A DNA stretch of 64,000 bases from assembly GCA_043228905.1 (NCBI GenBank), contig JBHGNT010000006.1, positions 11,222,001 to 11,286,000 of the forward strand. The letters run 5' to 3'. The position numbers were made by a program, and so were the translations under genes. The notes beneath the pieces are model-generated. The model saw only the letters and a list, made by a program, of their open reading frames with translations. It had not been told where the DNA came from and did not search any database. Below, piece after piece: positions 52,124 to 64,000 of the stretch. Each line of letters starts with the position of its first letter. Within the stretch, counting starts at the first letter, position 1. Source of the stretch: Azolla caroliniana. Lineage: Eukaryota; Plantae; Polypodiophyta.

Positions 52124-53403
52124 GTTCTGGAATACGAGATAAGGCAACGAGGACAGTGGGAACAAGACCTTTGGTGGTGGGACCTTGGACTGTTTAAGTG
52201 TTGGTCCCGGGGCACCTATTTGAAGTGAGTATGGGTATGCGGAAATGTATATGTGAGAACTTATGGTATGTGCTCAGCAAACTACACACATGATAACAAG
52301 AAGTTAAACAACGAATATACACGATCTAACCTTTAATGGAAGCTCTAATTATTGAGTTCATTCTCTGTCTCTGTCTCTGTCTTTGAGACTTGATGCAAGA
52401 GTGATCAAGAGATGTTTCTTTACAATGTTAGGTTATCATTTATATACTAAGCCCTAACTATTTGGATGAGTTCACACTCAGATACAAAGTGGAAGGAGTC
52501 AACCTTTTATGCCAACAAAATCCCCCGTAAAAGGACTACTCTTTTCTACATGTACATGTGTTTGGGGTTATCTCCCCCGTAAACCTAGATTACAAAATTA
52601 ATCTAAATTTATATTTACAAGCCAGTCTGCATGTGGCCAAGTCGGCAAAGATATGTTCAATGTCTAGCCTGGTTCCGCTAGTCAGATTGACTTATCTAAG
52701 TCAATTGGTTTGACTTACCTCCTGCTTCTCGTTCGGCCTTCTTCTATTGGGTCACTTGTCGCAGTCCCATCTTTGTCCTTAGTGCTCTGAAGCGTTGATC
52801 TGGGAGTGGCTTCGTCAGGCAATCGACGATGTTCACCTCGGTGTCGATCTTCCGAACTTCGAGCTTCTTCTCGGTTATGAGCTCTCGGATGTGATGATAC
52901 CACACCTCAATATGCTTCGTTTTTGTGCGATAGAAGGGATTGTTGATGAGGTGAATTGCGCTCTGTGAGTCGCAATAGATGGTCGATGCTTGTCGGTTAA
53001 TTCCGCTTGTGGCCGAAAAATCAACAATTAGTCGATGCAGCCAGACTGCTTCCCTCGCTGCCTCTGATGCTGCTATGTACTCGGCCTCTGTGGTTGACAG
53101 AGCTATGCACTCTTGAAGTTTTGACCTCCATGATATCGCACCACCACCATAGGTGAAGATATAGACAGATGTTGACTTCCTACTGTCCATATTTCTGGGA
53201 TAGTCGGAATTAGTGTAGCCTTCGACTTTGGTTGAGGTTGTCAAACCGAAAGTTAGTTGTGCATCCATGGTTCCTTTTAGATACCTTAGGATGTGCTTGA
53301 CGGCCTCCCAATGCTTCCGTCCTGGGTTTGACATGTACCGGCTGACCACCCCTACGACATAGGCTAGATCGGGTCGGGCCGCCACCATTGCGTACATGAT
53401 ACT

Positions 53404-56400
53404 TGTAGAAAGTAGCGTGCGGAAGCAAGTATGAAGACCGAACATAAGATAGAAAACTCAGGTTTAATGGAGAGCTTGAGCTTACGCTGTATACGCAGGA
53501 GAGACAGAGAGAGAAAGAAGAACTATATTCAACAACAAAAGATCTCGATTCACTACTCTATACACATGTGTGTTCCATGAACACTTTTATACAAGTCCTC
53601 GAAGGACTGACCGAAGTACTGACCGTACTTCAATGCTCATTAAGAGCTCCTACACTAACTCCCAAATATATTCCTCACGGAATATCTTTCCTAACAGCCT
53701 CCCGGTTTACGCACTCGGCCTAACCGATTGGTCCCAACCGATCCGGTCCTCGGCTTCTTCAGCCGATACGGCCGATGTTGAGCTTGTCTCTCAACACTCC
53801 CCCTCAAGCTCAACTCGAGGCTCTTCGGGATCCTCGGGTTCACAACTCCGGTTCCTCCTGGCTTCACGCCTCGCTCGCGCTCCTCGACCAGTTCGACTCC
53901 GCGCGCTTCAACCCTTCCGGTCGGCTTGTCTGGTCATGTGGCCCTTATCAGCTCTTCTGCTGTTGCGGTGTTGACGCTTCTCCTGCTGCCTTTTCTTCCG
54001 CTTGGGCCTCGGTTGATTCAGCGTGTCTGAATCAAACATCCGAACCGACTCGGCTACACCCGATCGGTTTTCGCTCTCGTCCGAGTTGGCTGTCTCCAAC
54101 TCGTCTTCGGTCTTCTCGCCCTCGGTGGCGTCATCTTCCCCATGCGTGGTTGGCTTCGGCTCTCTCCTTCGGTTGTTCCCCTTCTGTCCTCTTCCGAACT
54201 TTTCCGCGGGTCTGCCCTCGGCTTCTTCAGCCGATCCGAAGTCGAACTCGACAACCGAGTCAACCGACTCGGTGGTGTCGCGGTCTCCGCTCCTTTCCTG
54301 CTGCCTTGCTTGGTCGTTCGGGACTGTTCTCCCCCTCAAGTTTGGCACGTCGAGGTGACGCAATCCGAGCGCACCTGAGAATTGCCGCAACTTGTCCAGA
54401 CCAAGAGGCTTGGTGAAGATGTCGGCAGTCTGCCGATCCATAGGAACGTACTGAAGTTCGACTTCACCGGAAAGGACACGCTCACGGACGAAATGGTAGT
54501 GCACCTCAATGTGCTTGGTCCGTGCGTGGAAGACAGGGTTCTTCGTGAGTTGGATGCTGCTGAGGTTGTCGCAGTAGATCGTCGTTGGATCGGACACCTC
54601 CTCTTGCAGGTCCCTAAGTAGCCGCTTCAACCATATGGCTTCGCATGTCGCGACAACCGCTCCTCGGTACTCAGCTTCGGTGCTCGATAGTGCAACTGTC
54701 GGCTGCTTCTTACTGCTCCACGCGATCGCGGCACTCCCGAGGGAGAACGCGTATCCAGACGTGGATCGGCGATCGGCGGCGTTGCCAGCCCAATCAGCAT
54801 CGGTGTAGCCGACTAACTGCACGACTGCACCGGTCCGATATAACAGTCCCCGGTCCTTAGTGCCGTTCACATACCGAAGTATGCGTTGCGCACACTGAAG
54901 GTGCTCCTCGGTAGGTCGCGCCATGAACTGACTGATCACTCCGATCGGATAACTGAGGTCGGGTCGGCTGATGGTCAAGTATATGAGGCTTCCGACAATT
55001 TGTCGGAACCTCGTCGGGTCGCATACCTTTCCCGTATCGGGACGAAGCTTGATGGTTTTGTCCAGAGGAGTCGAGACGGACTTACAGTCGGCCATCCTGA
55101 GTTTGAAGAGCATACCCAGCATGTAATGACGTTGGCTGATCAATATGCCTTCGGGGTTACGTATCACTTCGATCCCGAGGAAGAAATGAAGGTCCCCCAG
55201 ATCCTTCATGTCGAACGATGCCGCAAGCTGGAGCTTCACGCGGTCGATTTCACCTAGGTCGGCGCCGGTGATGACCAAGTCATCGACATATAGTAGAATA
55301 CTAACCGGTCCGAGTCGACCTTTCCGGATGAACAGGGAAGAGTCTGATTTTGACGTGACGAAGCCCATCCGACGCAGTTGTTGCGTGATCTTCGCGTTCC
55401 AGGCACGCGGGGCTTGCTTAAGTCCGTAAAGGGACTTCTTCAGTCGGCATACTGCCGAGGAGTTCGTTCCGGAGTGAAATCCGGGGGGCTGTACCATGTA
55501 CACTTGTTCCTCAAGGTCACCTTGCAGGAACGCATTCTTGACATCCATCTAATGTAGGTGCCACCCCTTCGCCGTAGCTACTGTGAGCAAAACACGGACG
55601 GTCGTCATTTTTGCGACCGGTGCAAACGTCTCATCGTAGTCGATGCCGTGTTTCTGTGCGTAGCCCTTTGCCACTAGCCGAGCCTTGTACCGGTTGACGG
55701 AGCCATTGGTGTTGTACTTGACCTTGTACACCCACCTACACCCGATCGGTTTTACCCCTGTTGGTGCGTCAACCAGGTCCCAGGTCTCGTTCTCTGCCAA
55801 TGCGTGCATCTCTTCCTCCATCGCGGCATGCCAAGTCGCGTCTTTAGCCGCTTCTGCGTAGCTCTCCGGCTCACGCAATTCCGCTACACGGGTCATGTAC
55901 GGATAATGATGCGCCATGTACTCGTTGTATCCGAACCGCAAAACAGGATTCTTCTGGCGGGTAGATCGGCGTAATCTCGTATTAGCCGATGTCAAGGCCT
56001 TCTCGGTCGACGCGGTTTTCACCTTTAAAGACCCGTCACCAGTTCCGTCGGAGTCGGACTCGCGTTGGTCTGACTCATTCCTATCCGTGCCAGAATCCGA
56101 CACCTTCTTCTTCCCTTTCTCTTTGCGCATAAGCCGTCTCCTCGGCTTCCTGCGCGGGGAATGCATGGCCGAGTTTCCACTACTCGCCGGCTCTTCATCG
56201 GACTGGTCGTACCGACTCAGTCGTCCAATTGGTCCACTTAAACAGAGTGAAATCGGACTCTCTTCGCGGGTCTCGATTTCGGGCTCATCCGGAGGCATCT
56301 CGGCCTCGCTGACCTCATTGTTAGAGCTCGGATTGGGGGTAGGGTTCGGAGTCGGGGGCAGGTACCAGGACACGGACTCGTCAAACACAACGTCGCGGCT

Positions 56401-58928
56401 GACATGCGCTTGTTTGGTGCGAGGGTTATAACACTTATAACCCTTCTGCTCGTCCGAGTAACCGACCAAGATGCATTTCTCGGCCTTTGCGTCCAGCTTC
56501 CTCCTTTTCTCCTTCGGTATATGCACATACGCAATGCTACCGAACACCCTCAAGTGTCGCAAGTTCGGCTTCGTTCCGAAATATAGCTCGTGCGCCGACA
56601 CTTTGTCTCCGATCCGGTTCTGGATATATACCGCGGTCCTTACCGCTTCGGCCCAATAGAACTTGGGCAAGCTCTTCTCCTCCAGCATTGCCCGTGCCGC
56701 TTCCACAACTGACCGATTCTTCCTCTCGGCCACGCCGTTATGCTCAGGCGTGTATCTACAACTGAATTCGCGCCGAATTCCCATTTGTTGTAGATAACTG
56801 TTGAATTGACCGGAAAAGTACTCTTTTCCGCCATCCGACCGCAGGCACTTAATCTTTCGTCCATTTTCCGTTTCCACGAACCCTTTGAGGTCACGGAAAC
56901 AGTCAAAGACTTTGCTCTTCCTCTCAATGAGGTAGATCCACGTGTGCCGCGTGTGGTCGTTGATGAAGGAGATGAAATATCGGCTCCCGCCAAGACTAAC
57001 GTTTTGTGCCGGCCCCCACACATCGGAGTGTATAAGGTCGAGCTTGTTCCGGCTCCGGTTTCGCTCGTTTGGGAAAGGAAGTCGGTGTTGCTTCCCGAGC
57101 TGGCAGGCTTCACAAATTTGTGCCTTTCGGCCACTAAATTTGGGCAATCCAAACACTACCTGTTTCGATTGCAGATCTTGAAGTCGCTGGTAGTTGACGT
57201 GGCCTATCCGCTTGTGCCACAAGTCGATTTCTGACTCGGTTTTTCTTCCCTTCACGAACATTGCGGTGCCACCGTCAGTGGAGTCGAGGATGAACATCCT
57301 CCCGTCTCTGTGCCCTTGCGCAATCACACGGCCTTCTTCCTCAATGAAGCACCCGAGGTGTGTAAACCGAACCTCCATCCCTTGGTCGACGATCTGTCCG
57401 ACCGAGACCAAGTTCTTTGTGATTGTCGGGACGTGCAACACGTTCATGAGTTTCCCTTTCTGCCCGACATGGCTAAGGGGAACTTCTTCGACATTCGCGA
57501 TCGGATGCGGAGTGTCGTCTCCAGTTGCGACTACTCCAGGTTGTATCGGTTTTTCAAGGTACGAGAACCACTCCTTATGGCTCGTCATGTGGTTTGACGC
57601 GCCGGAGTCTACGTACCACACCTCGTCCGATCTCGGGGTGCTCTGTTTCATTGAGTTTGCTTTGTGTCTCGTCATGAAGGCAGATCCTTCTCCGGCTCTC
57701 CCGGAGTCTTCGGCGTAGTGCGATCGCCGTCTCCAGCACTCTGCGATGGCCTTCCCTTGCCAGTTCTCATCGCTTCGACTCCCCTTGTTTCCGGAGGGTC
57801 CGGAGTTGCTGTCGGCATCACTTCGGTGCCTTCTTCCTTGATCTCGTCGGCCGCTTCCATTGCGTACCGACTCGCCTCGTCCGCCACGACCACGGGGCCT
57901 TTCTCCCTCCGTGTACAACATCTTGTTGTCGGTGTGCGTGCTCGTCGACGCACCCGCGTGGTTCTCCTCTACCAAGAGCATCGACTGTAAGTCGAAAAAG
58001 GACGACGTATTCTCCCGGGTACACACAGCCGTTCGGAACGCTCCGAACTTCGGAGGCGAGGGAGTCGCAGATATCCTTGATCTTTGAGGTATAGTCCGCC
58101 ACCGACAAGTCGCGTTGTCGTAGGTTGCTCAACTCCTGTCGAAGCTGGAGCTTCCTGGCTGTGGTGCTCGCGGCGAAAAACTTCTTCAGATTTTCCCACG
58201 CATCCTTCGGCATCTTTGCATCCCGGACATAGCTCAATAGCTGTTCGCCCACACACGACGGGAAGTAGTATAATACCCTGCTCGCCGATTGCTCCTATGA
58301 CGGGAAGTCTCTGTGTGTTGATTCGGGTGCCGTGTCATTAGCTCCTTTGACATAACTCCAGTAGCCGTGCCCGAGCAGGTACTGGTGCATCTTGTAGGAC
58401 CAAGACGCGTAGTTCGTTCTGTCGAGCTTCTCTGTTGGAAGCGAGCTCGCCATGCCTGTATCCATCGTTCTTCTTGTTCTTCTTCGTCACTGTGTCGGCT
58501 GCAGAGAGGTTCTCAACCCTCGCGCTCTGATACCATGTAGAAAGTAGCGTGCGGAAGCAAGTATGAAGACCGAACATAAGATAGAAAACTCAGGTTTAAT
58601 GGAGAGCTTGAGCTTACGCTGTATACGCAGGAGAGACAGAGAGAGAAAGAAGAACTATATTCAACAACAAAAGATCTCGATTCACTACTCTATACACATG
58701 TGTGTTCCATGAACACTTTTATACAAGTCCTCGAAGGACTGACCGAAGTACTGACCGTACTTCAATGCTCATTAAGAGCTCCTACAATAACTCCCAAATA
58801 TATTCCTCACGGAATATCTTTCCTAACGGCCTCCCGGTTTACGCACTCGGCCTAACCGATCGGTCCCAACCGATCCGGTCCTCGGCTTCTTCAACCGATC
58901 CGGCCGATGTTGAGCTTGTCTCTCAACA
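53404..58928 (-). mobile_element. Full-length, young Ty1/copia element
   Basis: 393-bp LTRs 58536-58928 and 53404-53796 (about five differences by eye); PBS-Met 58524-58535; PPT 53797-53805; TSD ATACT on both sides. Confidence 0.97.
53908..58465 (-). pseudogene. Copia gag-pol with small deletions and a stop, plus a long C-terminal extension after RNase H
   Basis: ORFs 57818..58252, 55549..58026 and 53908..55548 (WYVDSGAS, CLRSDGGKEY, YKARLVAKGY, LLYVDDL, YTDADWAG, TADIFTK). Confidence 0.93.
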
Positions 58929-60659
58929 ATACTTCCTACGGCCGATGTCTAGGGCATCTTCCCATTAAGCCCTCTCTCCTTCTCTGTTGAAGGAGAGTCT
59001 CTGTTCGATAGTCGGATTGACGTCGGAAGCGGTGTCGGTGCTGGCATTGCATTCTCCATGTTGAAGCACTTCAACACATTCTGGATATAGTCAGACTGGG
59101 AGAGTCGGAGAGTCTTGGTCGTCCGATTTTTCGCTCGATCCTCATGCCTAGTATGTGACGGGCTTGTCCGAGTTCCTTCATCGCAAACTTGTCATGAAGG
59201 CTCCGCTTCAGCTTTTCGATCTTTGCTTGATTACTTCTTGCAATCAGCATGTCGTCGACATATAGGATCAGGTAAATCCTAGACTCATCGGCCAGTTGCC
59301 GAATGTACATGCATGGGTCAGAGTTTGATGAGCGGTATCCAAGCTGCCTGATGTAGGGGTCGAACTTTTGGTACCACATCCTCGGTGCTTGTTTCAAGCC
59401 ATAAAAACATTTTTTTAGTCGACATACGAGGTAGTTGTCCTCCCCCGTCACCATGAAGCCTGCCGGTTGAGACATGTAGATGTCTTCTTCCAGATCTCTG
59501 TGTAGGAATGTCGTCTTTACGTCCATCTACTCGAGCTCTAGGTCTTCTATCGCAACAACTCCTAGTAAGAGTCGGAGGGTGGTCATCTTGACTACTGGTG
59601 AGAAGATCTCATCTTAGTCGACCCCATGTTCTTGTTTAAATCCCTTCGTGATGAGGTGAGCTTTGTACTTCGGCTTCTCTGAGTCAAATACAAATTTGTA
59701 TCGAAAGACCCATTTGCAAGGTAGCGGCTATCTCCCATGTCTGATTCCTGTGAATCGAGTTCATTTTGGATTTCATGGCTTGCAGCCATGTATCGGCGTC
59801 GGGTGCGGCCATACCTTCTTCATATTTGTTGGGTTCGCCTGCATTAGTGTAATGGACGTAGTCGAGGCCCGGATGATAGAACTCTATTTGTCTTTGAGCT
59901 CGTCCAGATCTCCTGGGTGCCGAAAAAAGTGGTTCGGATTCTTCGATCGGCTCTGTTGGTCGATTGGTATTTGTTGAACCATTTGTGTTAGGAGCCTTCT
60001 TGTTAGGTGACCCGCCCCCATGTTGGGATTTCGATGACGTCATGTTGTCCTCTTCTATGGACTTTGTCGACTCGGGTCTGTTTCCAAATTGCATATTGTT
60101 GATTCTGCCTTGTTCGACTCTTGTTGAATCAACTTTGTCTTTGATGGCTTTGTCTTCGAGTTCAACTAGTGGACCTCCTACTGATTCGGAGTCGGCAAGT
60201 GTGTTGTTGGCTTGGTCGAGTTTGACTGTTTGTCGAATCTCCGATTTGGCTTGGTGGGACGGTCCTTCTACGACACTTTTGTCGCCTTCGAAGGATACCT
60301 TTTTACCAACTATTTTCTGCTGGTTCTGCTTAGAGAAGATAGAGTCTTCATTGAAGACTACGTCACACTATTCCAGATCAATTTCCGGTTCTCTGGGTCC
60401 CATAGCCTGTAGCCGAATTCCCCATCGGTTCCATAACCGAGAAATGTGCACTTTGTGGCATGGGGTGCTAGCTTGATCCTTTTCTCCCCGGGGATGAACG
60501 CGTAGGCTTCGCATCTGAATATATGGAGCCTATCATAGGTCGGTTGTTTGCCTGACCATAGTGCTTGTGTCACTTCAAGCCTGATTACTTTCGACGGTAT
60601 ACTACCGTTTGCAATGCCTCGGCCTAGAACTCCAACTTTAGTCCGACTTACTGAAGCCG

Positions 60660-61951
60660 AGTCGTGCTTTGTAGCGGTTGATGGAACCGTCGGCGTTGTA
60701 CTTCACTTTGTAAATCCATCTACATCCGATCGCCTTTTTGTGTGGTGAGATGGGAACGAGATCCCACATCTCTTTCTTGCGTAGTGCCTGCATCTCCTCG
60801 TTCATGGCTTCGATCCATCGCGGATCCTCGGTTGCTTCGGTAAATATTTCCAGCTCGCATATTGTCGCCACCTTCATCATAAAGGCATAGTGATATGCCA
60901 TGTAGTCATTGTAGCCGAATCGGTTGACCGGATTCTTTTCACAGGTGGAGCAACGAAGCTTTTCATTTGCAGAGACGAGGGCTTTCTTAGCTCCATTGGT
61001 ACATCGAAGCAACCGAACTCACTATCGAGTGAGTGAGTCGACTCATCGTCGTTGAAGCGATCGTCTTTGTATTTCGACATTTTCGCCTTGCCTTTGTCCA
61101 TCTTTGGGCTAGGCCGTGATGTGCTTTGATCGCTCGGGGGATCTTGTGGCCCACATAGCCTTGTGGTAATCGGGCTATCTTCGAACATGTCTTCGAGGCG
61201 ATCTCCACCTTCTCGCTCTTGTTCGGCCGGTTCCACGTCGATCGGGGTTGAAGTCAGAATCTTCTCTAGTGCGTACCAGGATACGGATTCGTCGAACACG
61301 ACGGCTCGACTTACTTGAACTTTTCGGGTAGAAGGGTTGTAGCATTTGTACCACTTTTGTTTGAGTGAGTATCCTATGAGGATACATTTCTCCGACTTTG
61401 GATCTTGCCTTTGCCGCTTTTCGTCGGGTATGTGCACGCATGTTATTGTGCCGAATATCCGCTGTATTTGCAGCTTCGACCCAATATGACTTGGGCATAT
61501 GCTTCTCGTTCATCATGGCCCGCGCTACTTTGAGGATGTGCCGATTTTTGCGCTCGGCTACTCCGTTTTGTTGCGGAGTGTGTCGGCAAGTGAATTCTCG
61601 CCGAATTCCTTCCTTTTCGGAGATATGCCGTGAAATTGTCCTCGAAGTACTCCTTGCCGCCATCCGATCGAAGGCATCATACATGACGACTAGTGGCTTT
61701 TTCGATTTCGTTTTAAAACCTTTGGAAGTGTCCGAACACTTCGCTCTTTTGCTACATCGGATAGAGCCACGTGTGCCTGGAGAAGTCATCGATGAAGAGC
61801 ACGTAATATCGGCATCCGCCGAATGTAGCCGTCTGTGATGGTCCCCATACGTCGGAATGGACTATGTCGAGTAGACCTTTGCTCACGTTCCGCTGTTTGG
61901 GGAATGGATGTTAGTTTTGCTTGCCGAATTGGCACGCTTCGCATACACCTT
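60660..61951 (-). pseudogene. Copia integrase to RT-start fragment, truncated on both sides
   Basis: CEACQFGKQ; TPQQNGVAERKNRH; KCILIGY; RFGYNDYMAYHYAFM; WIYKVK..YKAR. Confidence 0.85.
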
Positions 61952-64000
61952 TGTAAACGATTGCTTGCGGAAGCGTTAGAGAAGCAGAAAAAACAAAAAA
62001 TATGCAGAGAGTACGCAGGAGAGACAGAGAGAGAAGAACGTAAAAGTTATATTCAAAATAATAGTAAACACTCTGTACATACTTTGTGCTTAGTAGCACT
62101 ATTTATACAAGTCCTACGCGGACTGACAAAAGTACTGTGTACTTCAATGCTCACATGAGCATCTGACACTAACTATGAGACTATAACTACCTAGTAATCT
62201 AACTTATTAGTAGGCTTTCGGTTACTGCTGGATCTGGCTAACCAGCTCTCTGCTCACCGACTCTGTAGCTTGCCGGCTCGGTTGCTCATCGACATACCGA
62301 TCTGTCTCACTTATTGGCTCAGGCTTTTCAGCCGATCCGGCTCCAGTTGAGCTTGCCGCTCAACACTCCCCCGCAACCTCAACTCGAGGTCGGGTTGTAG
62401 TGTCATTCTCTATGGCGGCCGGTTCTTTCAACCGACTTCTCCTGGCGTCACTCCGCCTTGCTTGCGCTCCTCGTCCGACCCGGTCCCGTTTGCCGTGACC
62501 CCTCTGGTTCTATGCGCCTCGACCTTCAGGGTCGGCATGTCTGCTCATCAGGCCCATCTCAGCTCCTTCGTTGCTATGACTCCGGCGCTTGCCGATCCGT
62601 CGGTTCCTCCGCGATGGCATTGACTTCCGCTGCGTCCGTGTCTCCTTGGCCTTTGGTTGATCCGACTGATCTGGATCCAACTCTTGATGCGAATCGGCTG
62701 TCTCCGACTCGTTCCAGCGCTTGTCCGAATCGGTATCCTCCGATTCGACTTCCGGCATTAGGCCTTTCACCACATCGTACCACGTCCAGGTCTTGGGCTT
62801 CTCCGTGCTTCCCTTCAGCCGGTTCACCGAAATCGAATTCTTCATTCGACTCTGCATCATGGTCATTACCGCCGTGATGACCTCCGCACAACATGCACTT
62901 CTCTTCCTAAGTGCACACTTCTTCTTCCTTCTGGTTGGCTCGGTCCTTCTTGACTCTGCCACCATGGCCGCTTGCTCCGACTTGTTCCGATGTGTCAACT
63001 TCCTTCGTCGGCTTGACTTCTTTCTTCTTCTTGTCTCCCCTTCTTCCGGTTCTTCTCTTACCGACGGATTCAACAATTTCTTTGCCTTTGCCCGTTTCGA
63101 TAATGTCTTTGCCCTTGCTTCTCCCCCTCAAGTGCGGCACGTCGAGATGCTGAACACCAAGCATGTCGGTAAAGTGCTGCAACTTGTAAGATCCGAGCGG
63201 CTTGGTGAAGATGTCGGCAACTTGCTGATCCGTGTGAACATACCGAAGTTCAACTTCACCGCTTAGGACCCGCTCACGCACAAAATGATAATGCACTTCT
63301 ATGTGCTTCATGCGAGCATGGAACACAGGGTTCTTGGCGAACTGCATGTTGCTGATGTTATCACAATAAATTGGGATCGGGGTCGGTACCTCGATCCACA
63401 AGCCTCGCAGCAGTCGCCGAAGCCAAATGGCTTCGCAGGTAGCCACGGTTGCGCCCCGGTACTCAGCCTCAGTTCTAGACAGAGCCACTGGTGGCTACTT
63501 TTTGCTACTCCACGCAACAGCCGCGCTCCCAAGAGAAAACATAAATCCGGAAGTCGATCGGCGATTTGACGCATCGCCGGCCCAGTCGGCATCCGTGTAG
63601 CCGACCAACTCTTCAGTTATACCTCGCCGGTATAAAAGTCCCCGGTCCTTCGTGCCGCTTACATATCGCAATATTCGTTGCGCACACTGAAGGTGCTCCA
63701 CAGTCGGCTTCTGCATGAATTCGCTTATCACTCCGAGCGGATAGCTGATGTCGGGTCAGGTGATGGTCAAATATATAAGGCTTCCAATGATTTGTCGAAA
63801 CCGTTTCTCATTGCAGGCCGGTCCGGAGTTGGGACGGAGCTTCTGGTTCCGGTCCAAGGGTGTGGAGACAGGTCGGCATTCTGTCATGCCGAACTTGTAC
63901 AACATATTCAATGCGTAATGCCGTTGTGAGAGCAATATGCCGTCGGGGGTGTGGATCACCTCGATCCTGAGGAAGTAATGAAGGTCCCCCAGGTCCTTCA
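61952..64000 (-). mobile_element. 3' end of a Ty1/copia element (RT/RNase H, extension, PPT, 3' LTR), continuing beyond the window
   Basis: LTR 61952-62365 (same family as 4168-4580); PPT 62366-62373; GYTDADWAG, ARMKHIEVHYHFVRE and VADIFTK in ORFs 62907..63959. Confidence 0.92.

Larger units (their letters stand above)
52199..60590 (-). mobile_element. Degenerate copia element (3' LTR, RNase H, RT, part of integrase), 5' end lost, host of a nested copia
   Basis: 3' LTR TGTTGG..CCAACA 52199-52517 with adjacent PPT; RNase H ORF 52744..53445; RT resumes after 58928 (SAVGS|IMYAM), ILYVDDML in 59071..59526; integrase end 60358..60573. Confidence 0.85.

Noticed and set aside
53570-54416. Plus-strand ORFs (134 and 213 aa) as antisense extra genes of the copia element
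   Set aside because: Low-complexity shadow frames of GC-rich sequence; the sense frame explains the conservation

Overview
Eukaryotic (land-plant, most likely a seed-free vascular plant such as a fern; taxon is inference) nuclear DNA, not prokaryotic. It has a central gene island (about 17-36 kb) with three host genes: an intronless L-type lectin receptor kinase (+), a three-exon single-domain DJ-1/PfpI gene of the bacterial isocyanide-hydratase type (-), and a three-exon class-I SPX phosphate-signalling gene (-). Both sides are dense nests of mostly pseudogenised retrotransposons: Ty3/gypsy (a chromovirus, a tRNA-Arg-primed Tat-like element and a tRNA-Trp-primed element), several Ty1/copia elements, solo LTRs and a 5'-truncated L1-type LINE. 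Many have readable LTR ends, PBS, PPT and TSDs. The best leads are the intron-containing, actinobacterial-looking isocyanide-hydratase-like gene (horizontal-transfer candidate), a copia family with two PPTs and a conserved extra C-terminal polyprotein extension, a hairpin repeat-spacer array in a chromovirus leader, a tRNA-Lys-like Pol III cassette inside an LTR, and a ~330 bp foldback upstream of the DJ-1 gene. All homology calls come from motif recognition by eye; no searches were run.
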